This document shows positions 1-7,383 of a stretch of 16,657 nucleotides of DNA, piece by piece. The translations under genes and the position numbers were made by a program. The DNA lies in NCBI GenBank assembly GCA_031366795.1, contig JANLOX010000021.1, positions 1 to 16,657 on the forward strand, given 5' to 3'. Source of the DNA: Candidatus Eiseniibacteriota bacterium. Its GTDB lineage: Bacteria; Eisenbacteria; RBG-16-71-46. How positions within the stretch are numbered: position 1 is the first letter of the stretch; the number at the start of each line of letters is the position of its first letter. The notes under the pieces are model-generated. The model worked only from the letters and a program-made list of their open reading frames with translations, was not told where the DNA came from and did not search any database.

Positions 1-59
1 GCGCCGCCAGGATAGGCTGCAACGTCGGGACGGTCTTCCGATGCGGGCGCCACGGACAT
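1..59 (-). CDS. Possible 5' end of a gene running off the left edge (MSVAPASEDRPDVAAYPGG...)
   Basis: ATG at 59-57 with AAGGA about 7 nt upstream; frame open to the window edge. Only 19 codons are visible and no family is recognisable. Confidence 0.3.
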   Translation of the reverse strand, partial: MSVAPASEDRPDVAAYPGG

Positions 60-72
60 CGCGGGATCCTTG

Positions 73-97
73 CGAGTTCGCCGACGGAACGAACTCG
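73..97. repeat. Inverted repeat / stem-loop downstream of the tRNA
   Basis: CGAGTTCG (73-80) and CGAACTCG (90-97) are perfect reverse complements with a 9-nt loop; no U-tract. Confidence 0.4.
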
Positions 98-143
98 GCC
101 CCCAGACTTCAGGGGCGAGGCTCCGGGCGGGTACCTTAAAAAG

Positions 144-219
144 TGGTGGGCGCTACTGGAGTTGAACCAGTGACCCCTTGCTTGTCGAGCAAGTGCTCTA
201 CCAGCTGAGCTAAGCGCCC
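144..219 (-). tRNA. tRNA-Val (anticodon GAC), CCA encoded
   Basis: Reverse complement is GGGCGCT-TA-GCTC-AGCTGGTA-GAGC-A-CTTGC-TCGACAA-GCAAG-GGGTC-ACTGG-TTCAACT-CCAGT-AGCGCCC-A-CCA. This is a full 76-nt cloverleaf with discriminator A73 and the anticodon at 184-186. Confidence 0.97.
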
Positions 220-231
220 GCGGAGCGCCGG

Positions 232-260
232 ATTAAGCGGTATCGGGGCGTTACTGTCAA
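232..260 (-). promoter_or_regulatory. Putative sigma70 promoter of tRNA-Val
   Basis: Perfect TTGACA (260-255), 17-nt spacer, CTTAAT (237-232), then a GC-rich discriminator-like stretch before the tRNA 5' end. Confidence 0.65.
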
Positions 261-286
261 GCGAGGGGCAGCCTACTGCTGCCTTC

Positions 287-1300
287 TCATACGCGCCTGC
301 CCACGACCGCGGCGATGGTGCGCACCTGCTCGACGAGTTCCGCGAACTGGTTCGGGTACAGCGACTGCGCGCCGTCAGACAGCGCGTGTTCGGGATCGTG
401 GTGGACTTCGATCATCAGGCCGTCCGCGCCGGCGGCGATCGAGGCGCGCGCCATCGGCGCGACCTTGTCGCGGATGCCGGTGCCATGCGAAGGGTCGACG
501 ATCACCGGCAGGTGCGAGCGCTCCTTCACCACGGGAATGGCGTTCAGGTCGAGCGTGTTGCGCGTGTAGGTCTCGAAGGTGCGGATGCCGCGCTCGCACA
601 GGATGACCTGCGCGTTGCCCTGCGACATGATGTGCTCTGCGCTCATCAACCACTCTTCAATGGTCGAGGCGAGCCCGCGCTTGAGCAGCACGGGTTTATC
701 GGTCTGCCCCACTTCGCGCAGCAGCGCGTAGTTCTGCATGTTGCGCGCGCCGATCTGCAGGATGTCCGCATAGCGCGCTAGCAGGGGAACCTGCGGCGTG
801 TCCATCACCTCGCTCACCACCGCGAGCCCGTGCGCATCCGCGGCGCGGCGCAGGATCTTCAGGCCCTCCTCACCGAGTCCCTGGAACGAATAGGGCGAGG
901 TGCGCGGCTTGTAGGCTCCCCCGCGCAGGATCGTCGCACCCGCCTTCGCCACCGCCTCGGCGATGGTGAACGCCTGCTCCTCGCCTTCCACGGAGCAGGG
1001 GCCCGCCATGATCACCAGTTGATCGCTGCCGATCGCGCAGCGGCCGACGGTGATGACGGTCGGGTGTGGATGGAACAACCGGCTGGCCAGCTTGAACGGC
1101 GCATCGAACTGCATGACCTGCGCGACACCCGTCCAGGCCGCGACGGCTTTCCAGTCGACCCCGCTCTCATCGCCGACAGCACCGAGCCGGATCTGGCCCT
1201 CGTACTCGGTGCGATGCACCGACAGGCCGAACATGCGCAGACGTGTCGAGATCTCGGCGGCGGCGGGCTCGCCGATGCCTGGCTCGAGAATCAGCAGCAT
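287..1300 (-). CDS. aroF: 3-deoxy-7-phosphoheptulonate (DAHP) synthase, class I-beta, with N-terminal ACT/ferredoxin-like regulatory domain
   Basis: Motifs [60 protein letters not shown] and SDGAQSL. The ATG at 1300 gives 337 aa and does not overlap aroC, unlike the ORF-track start at 1342. Confidence 0.95.
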   Translation of the reverse strand: MLLILEPGIGEPAAAEISTRLRMFGLSVHRTEYEGQIRLGAVGDESGVDWKAVAAWTGVAQVMQFDAPFKLASRLFHPHPTVITVGRCAIGSDQLVIMAGPCSVEGEEQAFTIAEAVAKAGATILRGGAYKPRTSPYSFQGLGEEGLKILRRAADAHGLAVVSEVMDTPQVPLLARYADILQIGARNMQNYALLREVGQTDKPVLLKRGLASTIEEWLMSAEHIMSQGNAQVILCERGIRTFETYTRNTLDLNAIPVVKERSHLPVIVDPSHGTGIRDKVAPMARASIAAGADGLMIEVHHDPEHALSDGAQSLYPNQFAELVEQVRTIAAVVGRRV

Positions 1301-1316
1301 GGCGTCACGCGCGCGC

Positions 1317-2378
1317 TCATTGCTCGCGGCCCCGCAAGGCACGCTGCCTGAGCCATGCGTCCATCAACACCAGCGCCACCATGGCCTCGGCCACCGGCAC
1401 CACGCGCGGGCAGATGCAGGGATCGTGGCGGCCCTCGATGGCGATGGTGCGGCTCTCGCCCGTGGCCGTCGCTGCCGTCTGCGGCTTGCCGATCGAGGTG
1501 GCGGGGCGTACGGCGACGCGCACCACGACTTCGGCGCCGTTCGAGATGCCGCCCGCGATGCCGCCTCCGAAGTTCGTCTTGAAGCGCCCGTCCTCGAACA
1601 CGTCGTTGGTCTCGGAGCCATGGCGCGCGGCCATCGCGAAGCCGCCCCCGATCTCGACACCTTTGGTCGCGGGAATCGACAGCATCGCGGCACCCAGCAG
1701 CGCGTCGAGCTTGCTCATCGTGGGATCGCCCCAACCCGCGGGGACACCACGCGCCACGATTTCGACCACGCCGCCCACCGAGTCGTGATCATCGCGTGTC
1801 TTGACGATCAACTCGGCCATGCGCACGGCGGCTGAAGCGTCGGGGCAGCGCACGGGATTCTGTTCGACCTGCGACCAGTCGCGCTCCGTGGCGATCAGGT
1901 TGCCGACCTGCACGGTGCCGCCGACGATCGTGACGCCGATCGCGGTGAGCGCCTTGCGCGCCAACGCTCCCGCGGCGACGCGACCCACGGTCTCGCGGCC
2001 CGAGGAACGGCCGCCGCCCCGGTGATCGCGCACTCCGTACTTCTGAGCGTAGGCGTAGTCCGCGTGTCCTGGGCGGTAGACCTCTTTCAGCGTGTCGTAG
2101 TCCTTCGAGCGTTGGTCGGCGTTGCGCACGAGGATCGCGATCGGCGTGCCGAGTGTCACGCCCTCGAAGATGCCGCTCAACACCTCGGCCTGATCGGTCT
2201 CCTGCCGCTGCGTCGTGAGCGCGCTCTGCCCCGGACGGCGGCGGTCGAGTTCGCGCTGGATATCGGCGGGCTCGATAGCGATGCCGGGCGGCATGCCATC
2301 GACGACCACCCCGACCCCGGCGCCATGCGACTCGCCGAACGTGGTGATGCGGAACAGTTGGCCAAACGACGAGGACAT
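1317..2378 (-). CDS. aroC: Chorismate synthase
   Basis: [19 protein letters not shown] start, [33 protein letters not shown] and GRHDPCI. 353 aa from the ATG at 2378. Confidence 0.97.
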   Translation of the reverse strand: MSSSFGQLFRITTFGESHGAGVGVVVDGMPPGIAIEPADIQRELDRRRPGQSALTTQRQETDQAEVLSGIFEGVTLGTPIAILVRNADQRSKDYDTLKEVYRPGHADYAYAQKYGVRDHRGGGRSSGRETVGRVAAGALARKALTAIGVTIVGGTVQVGNLIATERDWSQVEQNPVRCPDASAAVRMAELIVKTRDDHDSVGGVVEIVARGVPAGWGDPTMSKLDALLGAAMLSIPATKGVEIGGGFAMAARHGSETNDVFEDGRFKTNFGGGIAGGISNGAEVVVRVAVRPATSIGKPQTAATATGESRTIAIEGRHDPCICPRVVPVAEAMVALVLMDAWLRQRALRGREQ

Positions 2379-2386
2379 GACGGGCC

Positions 2387-2830
2387 TTACTTTTTCTTGG
2401 CCTGCTTGGCGCGATTGGACCGCTTGGTGGCGACGAAGCGCGCGTTGATGGCCTTGCGGTAAGCCTGGTGCGCCTCGACCATGCGCTCGAACTGGTACAG
2501 GTAGGTCGGGCGGATGTCCGCGCGCGCCTCGGAGATCCATGGCTTGCAGCGTTCCCACGTCACGATGTCCTCGCCGGTATGGTCGAAGAACACCTCGGCG
2601 TGCAGCACGTCGCGGTTGACCAGCGAGCCGACCATCTCCCAGTAGGACGTGGTCATGCGGAAGTGGCGGTCTTCGTCGCTGTGCGTCAGGTAACGCAGCT
2701 TGATTTCGGTCCAGCTCTGGGCGCTGAAGTCGGTGAGGAACCACTGGCGTGCGCGGCGCAACTCGGGATCGCGGCGCAGCTCGTACAGTCGGATCAACAG
2801 CTCGGCATCGGCATGGTTGGCTTTGCGCAT
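2387..2830 (-). CDS. Conserved hypothetical helical protein (DUF4760-like)
   Basis: GGAGGA RBS before the ATG at 2830; 147 aa. Pattern DAELLIRLYELRRDPELRRARQWF...YWEMVGSLV resembles DUF4760-type proteins (from memory). Ends 8 nt before the aroC start. Confidence 0.75.
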   Translation of the reverse strand: MRKANHADAELLIRLYELRRDPELRRARQWFLTDFSAQSWTEIKLRYLTHSDEDRHFRMTTSYWEMVGSLVNRDVLHAEVFFDHTGEDIVTWERCKPWISEARADIRPTYLYQFERMVEAHQAYRKAINARFVATKRSNRAKQAKKK

Positions 2831-2870
2831 CAATTCCTCCGCGGGATCGAACCAGATGGCCGGAACACAT

Positions 2871-2879
2871 AATGTAGCA
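2871..2879 (-). promoter_or_regulatory. Candidate extended -10 promoter for the hypothetical-aroC-aroF unit
   Basis: TGC-TACATT (TGn plus -10-like hexamer) about 40 nt upstream of the 2830 start; no convincing -35. Confidence 0.35.
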
Positions 2880-2931
2880 GCGCCGGGCACATTGGCCGAA
2901 GCGGGTGTCCGGGGTGCGCGGTCGCCGACAG

Positions 2932-3435
2932 CTAGGGAGCGTGGAATCTCGGGCGTCCTACGGCATCACGCAGCGTCACCTCACCGCTGCCGGACTCGGC
3001 GAGCCCCAACGAAACCTGCGCGTACTGGCCATCGGGCGACAGCCAGACCGACGGCTTGTCGGAGCCGCTCAGGCCGAGCTGCACGTGGCCCTCGGGCGAG
3101 CGAAGCGTCAGTTGCGGCGGGCCACTACGCGAAACGACGAGATGCGCGGACGAGGTCGAACGGCCTCCGAGCACCAGACGCAGCGAGCCATCGGCCCGTG
3201 CCTCCATCCCGCCCGCGACCTGCCCGCTCATGTCGCGCAGCAGGAAACGGTTCGCCTCGACCACCGAGAACTTCGCGACCGAGGGTGTGGGCGCGGGCAG
3301 TGCCGGCTTGAGCAGCGGCAGCGTGATTGCCACCAGGGCGAGCAGCAGTGCGAACAGGGCGAGTGTCTTCCACGTGCGGTGCTGCCGCTCGACGAGTTCG
3401 AGCCGGTCGACGACGGTCTGCAGTTCGGGATTCAT
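2932..3435 (-). CDS. Hypothetical protein with N-terminal membrane anchor and beta-rich repeat domain
   Basis: GGAGG RBS; the ATG at 3435 overlaps the upstream TGA (ATGA). 167 aa with a short coiled segment, a TM helix (LALFALLLALVAITLPLL), then VVEANRFLLRD and repeated G-x-P-x-L-x-L-x-x-x-x-G-like strand-turn units. Confidence 0.75.
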   Translation of the reverse strand: MNPELQTVVDRLELVERQHRTWKTLALFALLLALVAITLPLLKPALPAPTPSVAKFSVVEANRFLLRDMSGQVAGGMEARADGSLRLVLGGRSTSSAHLVVSRSGPPQLTLRSPEGHVQLGLSGSDKPSVWLSPDGQYAQVSLGLAESGSGEVTLRDAVGRPRFHAP

Positions 3436-3923
3436 CGTTTGCCTCCACTTAGGCCTCGTCCGCGGGCCGTGAATGATTCCGCCAATTGCGGCAGCTGCCG
3501 CCAGCCGAGCACATACGCCCAGACGCAGCCCGCCGCGACAAGACCCGTGACCCGGATGATCGCGATCACGAGGCGCTGCGTCGCCTCGGCCTGGGTAGCC
3601 GGCTGACCGGCCGAAGCGAGCATCACTTTCATGACCACGACCAGCGTCAGCAATTGAACGATCAGCATCGCCCCGAGCCCCAACGCCGTGGCGCGGAACC
3701 GTTCGCGCCACGCCACCCAGTTGCTGGCGAGGCAGAGCGCTACGAACACGCTCATGTCGAAGGGGTAAAACAGCTCGAGATCGACCGGCTCGATCTCGGT
3801 GCCGGCGGGTGCTGCGATCCAGCCGGCGATGATCGTGATGATGCGCTGGTAGGGGTGCGCGATCCCCCACGCCAGCACGAACGTCAGCGTCGCCCAGCCG
3901 GCCAGCCGTAACAGCAGCCTCAT
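3432..3923 (-). CDS. Exosortase-associated membrane protein (XrtH-associated-like)
   Basis: The ATG at 3923 overlaps the exosortase stop (ATGA). 163 aa with about 4 TM segments. FVALCLAS..VAWRERFRATALGL parallels the exosortase VLAFPATWRQRAMGLLLG segment, but no Cys/Arg/His catalytic set is in register. Confidence 0.65.
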   Translation of the reverse strand: MRLLLRLAGWATLTFVLAWGIAHPYQRIITIIAGWIAAPAGTEIEPVDLELFYPFDMSVFVALCLASNWVAWRERFRATALGLGAMLIVQLLTLVVVMKVMLASAGQPATQAEATQRLVIAIIRVTGLVAAGCVWAYVLGWRQLPQLAESFTARGRGLSGGKR

Positions 3924-4456
3924 GGGGCGCTCGCGCGCGGGGCCGTCGTGCGCGGGGCCGTCGTGCGCAGCCACAATGCAAAGGTGGCGAATACCGCGAG
4001 CACCGTCCCGGTCTGCCACAGGTAGACGTGCGCGAACTCGAACCACTCGCGTTTCCAGGCGAGGATCCCGATCAGCGCGAGGATGCGGATGGTGTTGAAG
4101 GTATGGATCACAATCGCGCCGAGCAGCAACCCCATCGCGCGCTGCCGCCACGTCGCGGGGAACGCCAGCACCACCGCGGCATAGATCAGGTAGGGCATGT
4201 GCGGGCTGCAGTCCGAGGCGATCTCGACATGGGTGTGGGCGACATACAGCGCGCTGCCCACGCGCTGGACCGGTTGCCCAAAAAGTCCGACGACGAACTG
4301 CAGCGTGGACACCGTGAGCGACACCCCCGCCGCTTCCACCGCGGGGACGCGGCTTACCAGTGCCAGTGCGGCCCCCCAGTAGGCCACGCAGCGCAGGAGG
4401 AAACCCAACACCACGCGGCGCCCCAGCGGAGCCGGACGTCGCTGCGTGCTGCCCAT
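3920..4456 (-). CDS. Exosortase/archaeosortase family transpeptidase, most like exosortase H
   Basis: GGAGG RBS before the ATG at 4456; 178 aa multi-TM protein. Catalytic Cys in VEIASDCSP (4208-4210), N-x-x-R in FNTIRIL, His in WFEFAHVYLWQ; also AFPATWRQR. Confidence 0.85.
   Translation of the reverse strand: MGSTQRRPAPLGRRVVLGFLLRCVAYWGAALALVSRVPAVEAAGVSLTVSTLQFVVGLFGQPVQRVGSALYVAHTHVEIASDCSPHMPYLIYAAVVLAFPATWRQRAMGLLLGAIVIHTFNTIRILALIGILAWKREWFEFAHVYLWQTGTVLAVFATFALWLRTTAPRTTAPRASAP
3935..3968. repeat. 15-bp tandem repeat, about 2.3 copies
   Basis: GCGCGGGGCCGTCGT twice plus GCGC; encodes RTTAP-RTTAP-R in the exosortase C-terminal tail. Confidence 0.85.
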
Positions 4457-4527
4457 GCTGAACCTCCGGTCGTGAACACCCCGAATCCACCCACAACGCC
4501 TGCACGTTCCCAGAGAGCCGCCGCGAA

Positions 4528-4533
4528 TACAAT
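4528..4533 (+). promoter_or_regulatory. Candidate -10 element for the plus-strand operon
   Basis: TACAAT in the only AT-richer patch of the divergent intergenic region; no clear -35. Confidence 0.3.
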
Positions 4534-4596
4534 GGTTCTGCAAACAGTACGCGGGGCCGGTGGCGGTGACGGAAGTGATGGCGCTAGAGTCCGGCC

Positions 4597-6480
4597 ATGG
4601 TAAGCCTCGAAGTCCCGCAATGGGCGGATCCGCGCTCCACGGATCCGCGCTCCACGGAGCCGGCGCGCGGCATCCGTGGCGTCGAGACCAGCCGCCGCGT
4701 CGTGCTGTCGCTGGCGGTCGCTGCAATGGGACTCGTCAACCTGGCGTCTGCCCTGCTGTCGCACCCTCCCGAGCGCCTGAAGGCGATCCGCCGGTTGGTG
4801 CCCACCGAACTGCTCGACACGAGCCGTACCTTCACGCTGTTGGCCGGTGCGCTGCTGTTGGTGACGGCGTGGGGATTACGGCGGGGCAAGCGCCGCGCCT
4901 ATGTCACGGCCCTGCTGCTGTGCGCCGTTTCCGTGCCCGTCAACCTGCTCAAGGCGCTCGATATCGAGGAAGCGGTCGTCGCCGTCGGGTTGATGTTCCT
5001 GCTGGGGATCAGCGCCGATGCGTTCCGCGTGCGCAGCCGCGGGTTCTCGCGCGCCTCGCTCAAGTCGGGAGCGGTGTGGTTCGCACTGTCGCTTACCGCC
5101 TACATTATCGTCGGCGAACTCGCGCTCAAATGGAACTATGGTGTCGGTACTTCGCTCGGGCTGGCATTTCGCGACGCGGGCTACTACCTGCTCGGCATCG
5201 GCAGGCCCGTGGCCATCGTGACCTGGCCGATGCCGGGGGCGGAAGCGCGAATCGTCACATGGTACCACCGCTCGCTGCCGCTGCTGGGTCTCGCCTTCGT
5301 GTTGTACTTAGGCGTCGGTAGCTTGCGTCCGGCGCGGCACCGGCGCCGTCACCGCGCAGAAGCGGCGCAGGTGGCAGGGCTGCTGCGCGAGCACGGGGAC
5401 TCGACCGTCTCGGCGTTCGCGCTGGCCGACGACGCGGACTACTTCTTCAGCCCCAATCGCCGCGCGGTGATCGCCTACCGCTTCGAGGCCGACACGCTGT
5501 TGGTGATCGGCGATCCGCTGGGGCCGGAAGAGGAACTGATGCCGCTGCTGCGGTCGTTCGTCCAGTTCTGTCGCGACAGCGACTGGCAGTGCGCCTTCTT
5601 CCAGGCGCGACCGGAGCGGCTCGAGTTGTACCGCGCGATGGGCTTCCGCTGGGTGCACATCGGCGAAGACCCAGTGATCCGCACGGCGCCCTTTACACTC
5701 GCCGGCGGCGTTATGGGCGACGTGCGTCGTTCGGTTCGCAAGTGCGAGGAGGCAGGCGTCAGCGTGCGGCATTTCATTCCGGGCACGAACCCCTTCGGCC
5801 CAGGGTCGGGGAGCGAGTACACCGACGAATTGCGCGCGATCTCGAACCAGTGGCTGCATGCGCATGCGGGCGGAGAAAAAACCTTCTGCATGGGCCGGTT
5901 CGACGAGCACCGTCTTGATGAGGTGTGGTTGGCGGTGGCGTGGAATGGTCCACACCGGCGTGTCGAAGGTTTCGTCACCTGGGTTCCCGTCTGGGCGCGC
6001 CACGGTTGGGCGCTCGACTTGATGCGGCGGCGCGATGACGCCCTGCCCGGCACCATGGAACTGCTGGTGGCGCGCTCGGTCGAAATGGCGCGCGAGCGCG
6101 GGGATGCGCTGATGTCGCTGTCCCTCTCGGCGCTTGCCAGGGTCGGCCCCGAGCATGCGCCGGGAACCGACGCCGTGCCGGCGTTGATTCCGCCGCAGCC
6201 CGACACGGATCGTGCGCGCGAGTTTCTCTCCCAGCATCTCGCGCGGTTCTACGACTTCAAGGGCCTGTTCCGCTGGAAGAAAAAATTCAACCCCGAGTTC
6301 GAGGACCGCTATCTCGTCTACCCGGGCCCCCTGGCGTTGCCGCGCGTGGCGTTGGCTCTGGTGCGGGCGCAGAGTCCGGGCGGGCTGGCGAGTTACCTGC
6401 GCTCCCTGCTCCCCTCCCGCGCACCGTCGCGGGCCGCGACAACCCACCCCAATGAAGCAGAGGAGTCCGTCGCCTCATGA
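4597..6480 (+). CDS. tRNA-dependent lipid aminoacyltransferase (aminoacyl-PG/DAG synthase family; LysX-type TM region plus DUF2156/MprF C-terminal domain)
   Basis: N-terminal TM region with GLRRGKRRAY and LLKALDIEEA. The C-terminal domain has DSTVSAFALADDADYFF, VIGDPLG, HIGED, GEKTFCMGRF, WALDLMRR, PGTMELL, LSLSAL and FYDFKGLFRWKKKFNPEFEDRYLVY. The exact start is uncertain. Confidence 0.9.
   Translation: MVSLEVPQWADPRSTDPRSTEPARGIRGVETSRRVVLSLAVAAMGLVNLASALLSHPPERLKAIRRLVPTELLDTSRTFTLLAGALLLVTAWGLRRGKRRAYVTALLLCAVSVPVNLLKALDIEEAVVAVGLMFLLGISADAFRVRSRGFSRASLKSGAVWFALSLTAYIIVGELALKWNYGVGTSLGLAFRDAGYYLLGIGRPVAIVTWPMPGAEARIVTWYHRSLPLLGLAFVLYLGVGSLRPARHRRRHRAEAAQVAGLLREHGDSTVSAFALADDADYFFSPNRRAVIAYRFEADTLLVIGDPLGPEEELMPLLRSFVQFCRDSDWQCAFFQARPERLELYRAMGFRWVHIGEDPVIRTAPFTLAGGVMGDVRRSVRKCEEAGVSVRHFIPGTNPFGPGSGSEYTDELRAISNQWLHAHAGGEKTFCMGRFDEHRLDEVWLAVAWNGPHRRVEGFVTWVPVWARHGWALDLMRRRDDALPGTMELLVARSVEMARERGDALMSLSLSALARVGPEHAPGTDAVPALIPPQPDTDRAREFLSQHLARFYDFKGLFRWKKKFNPEFEDRYLVYPGPLALPRVALALVRAQSPGGLASYLRSLLPSRAPSRAATTHPNEAEESVAS
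4625..4658. repeat. 15-bp tandem repeat, about 2.3 copies
   Basis: CGGATCCGCGCTCCA twice plus CGGA; encodes DPRST-DPRST in the synthase N-terminus. Confidence 0.85.
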
Positions 6481-7319
6481 TCACCTTTCCCATCGCAATG
6501 CTGACGCTCTTGCTCGTGGTGCCCGGGGGAACGGTGCAGCGGCAGGAAGTCCCCTCGCCCACGCTGGGTGGCGCGCGCACCATCCGTGTCTACCTGCCAC
6601 CCGGCTACGGCAAGCCGGAGTCGGCGCTCAAGCGCTACCCGGTGGTCTACCTGCTGCATGGCTGGCCGGGTTCCGATGGGAACTGGTTCAGCATGGGACA
6701 CGCCGACGAAAGCACCGATACCTTGATTGCACGTAAACAGGTTCCCGAACTCATCCTCGTCTGCCCGAACGGCAACTGCGGCATGCTCGGGCGCACGATG
6801 TACATGAACGCCGTGCGCGGGAACTGTGACATGGAAGACTACGTCGCCCGGGATGTGCGCGCCTGGGTCGACTCGACGTTCCGCACGCGCGCGGAGCCCT
6901 CAGCGCGTGCTGTGCTCGGGCTGTCCGATGGCGGCACCGGCGCACTCAACCTCGCCATGCTCCATCCGGACCTGTTCGGCGCCTGCGCCAGCCTCAGCGC
7001 CGACCTGGTCGTGACGCCCGGGGAGTTCGGGCTGGGTGGCGCACTGGGCCAGGGGGCTGAGGCCCTCGCGCAGGTCGAGCACTACAGCGCTGAGCACAAT
7101 GCCACGACGCGCGCGGCACAGGTGCGCGAGCAGGTCATCTACTTCGACTGCGGGCTGCAGGATGAATCGCTCGATGAAAATCGCGCGTTCCATCGCGCGC
7201 TCGATGCGCTCAAGATCCCGCACACCTATCGCGAGTATCCCGGTTCCCACACGTGGGGCTACTGGCGTGTCCATTTCCGTGATGCCCTGATCGCCATCAC
7301 GCAGCACATGCCGCGCTGA
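6477..7319 (+). CDS. Alpha/beta hydrolase, putative esterase family (PF00756 / Fes / antigen 85-like), probably exported
   Basis: ATGA overlap with the synthase stop. RVYLPPGY, RYPVVYLLHG, nucleophile elbow GLSDGG (6918-6935), DCGLQD and PGSHTWGYW. Hydrophobic N-terminus. Confidence 0.9.
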   Translation: MITFPIAMLTLLLVVPGGTVQRQEVPSPTLGGARTIRVYLPPGYGKPESALKRYPVVYLLHGWPGSDGNWFSMGHADESTDTLIARKQVPELILVCPNGNCGMLGRTMYMNAVRGNCDMEDYVARDVRAWVDSTFRTRAEPSARAVLGLSDGGTGALNLAMLHPDLFGACASLSADLVVTPGEFGLGGALGQGAEALAQVEHYSAEHNATTRAAQVREQVIYFDCGLQDESLDENRAFHRALDALKIPHTYREYPGSHTWGYWRVHFRDALIAITQHMPR

Positions 7320-7383
7320 GCGGATTTTGCTCGCGGGGCGCGGCGCCGCACGGTGCCGGGCGCCCGCCGGTCGAGGAGGTGTC

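Noticed and set aside
1..219. tRNA as integration site of a genomic island
   Set aside because: No integrase and no duplicated tRNA 3' end were seen. Only 143 nt downstream are visible, so it cannot be supported.
1301..1342. Longer aroF start at 1342
   Set aside because: It overlaps the aroC 3' end; the ATG at 1300 gives the family-typical length.
2379..2870. N-terminal extension of aroC in the 517-aa ORF
   Set aside because: It overlaps the 2387-2830 gene in another frame and reads as off-frame Arg/Pro-rich sequence. The chorismate synthase family starts at MSSSFG (2378).
3935..4658. Short repeats as CRISPR or mobile-element ends
   Set aside because: They are two unrelated adjacent 15-bp duplications without spacers, cas genes or a transposase.
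3432..4726. Long versions of ORFs 2932..3981, 3432..4532 and 3920..4726
   Set aside because: The extensions overlap neighbouring real genes. RBS positions and ATGA overlaps support starts at 3435, 3923 and 4456.
4597..6480. Assigning the symbol mprF or lysX
   Set aside because: There is no large flippase domain and no fused lysyl-tRNA synthetase, and amino-acid specificity cannot be read from the sequence.
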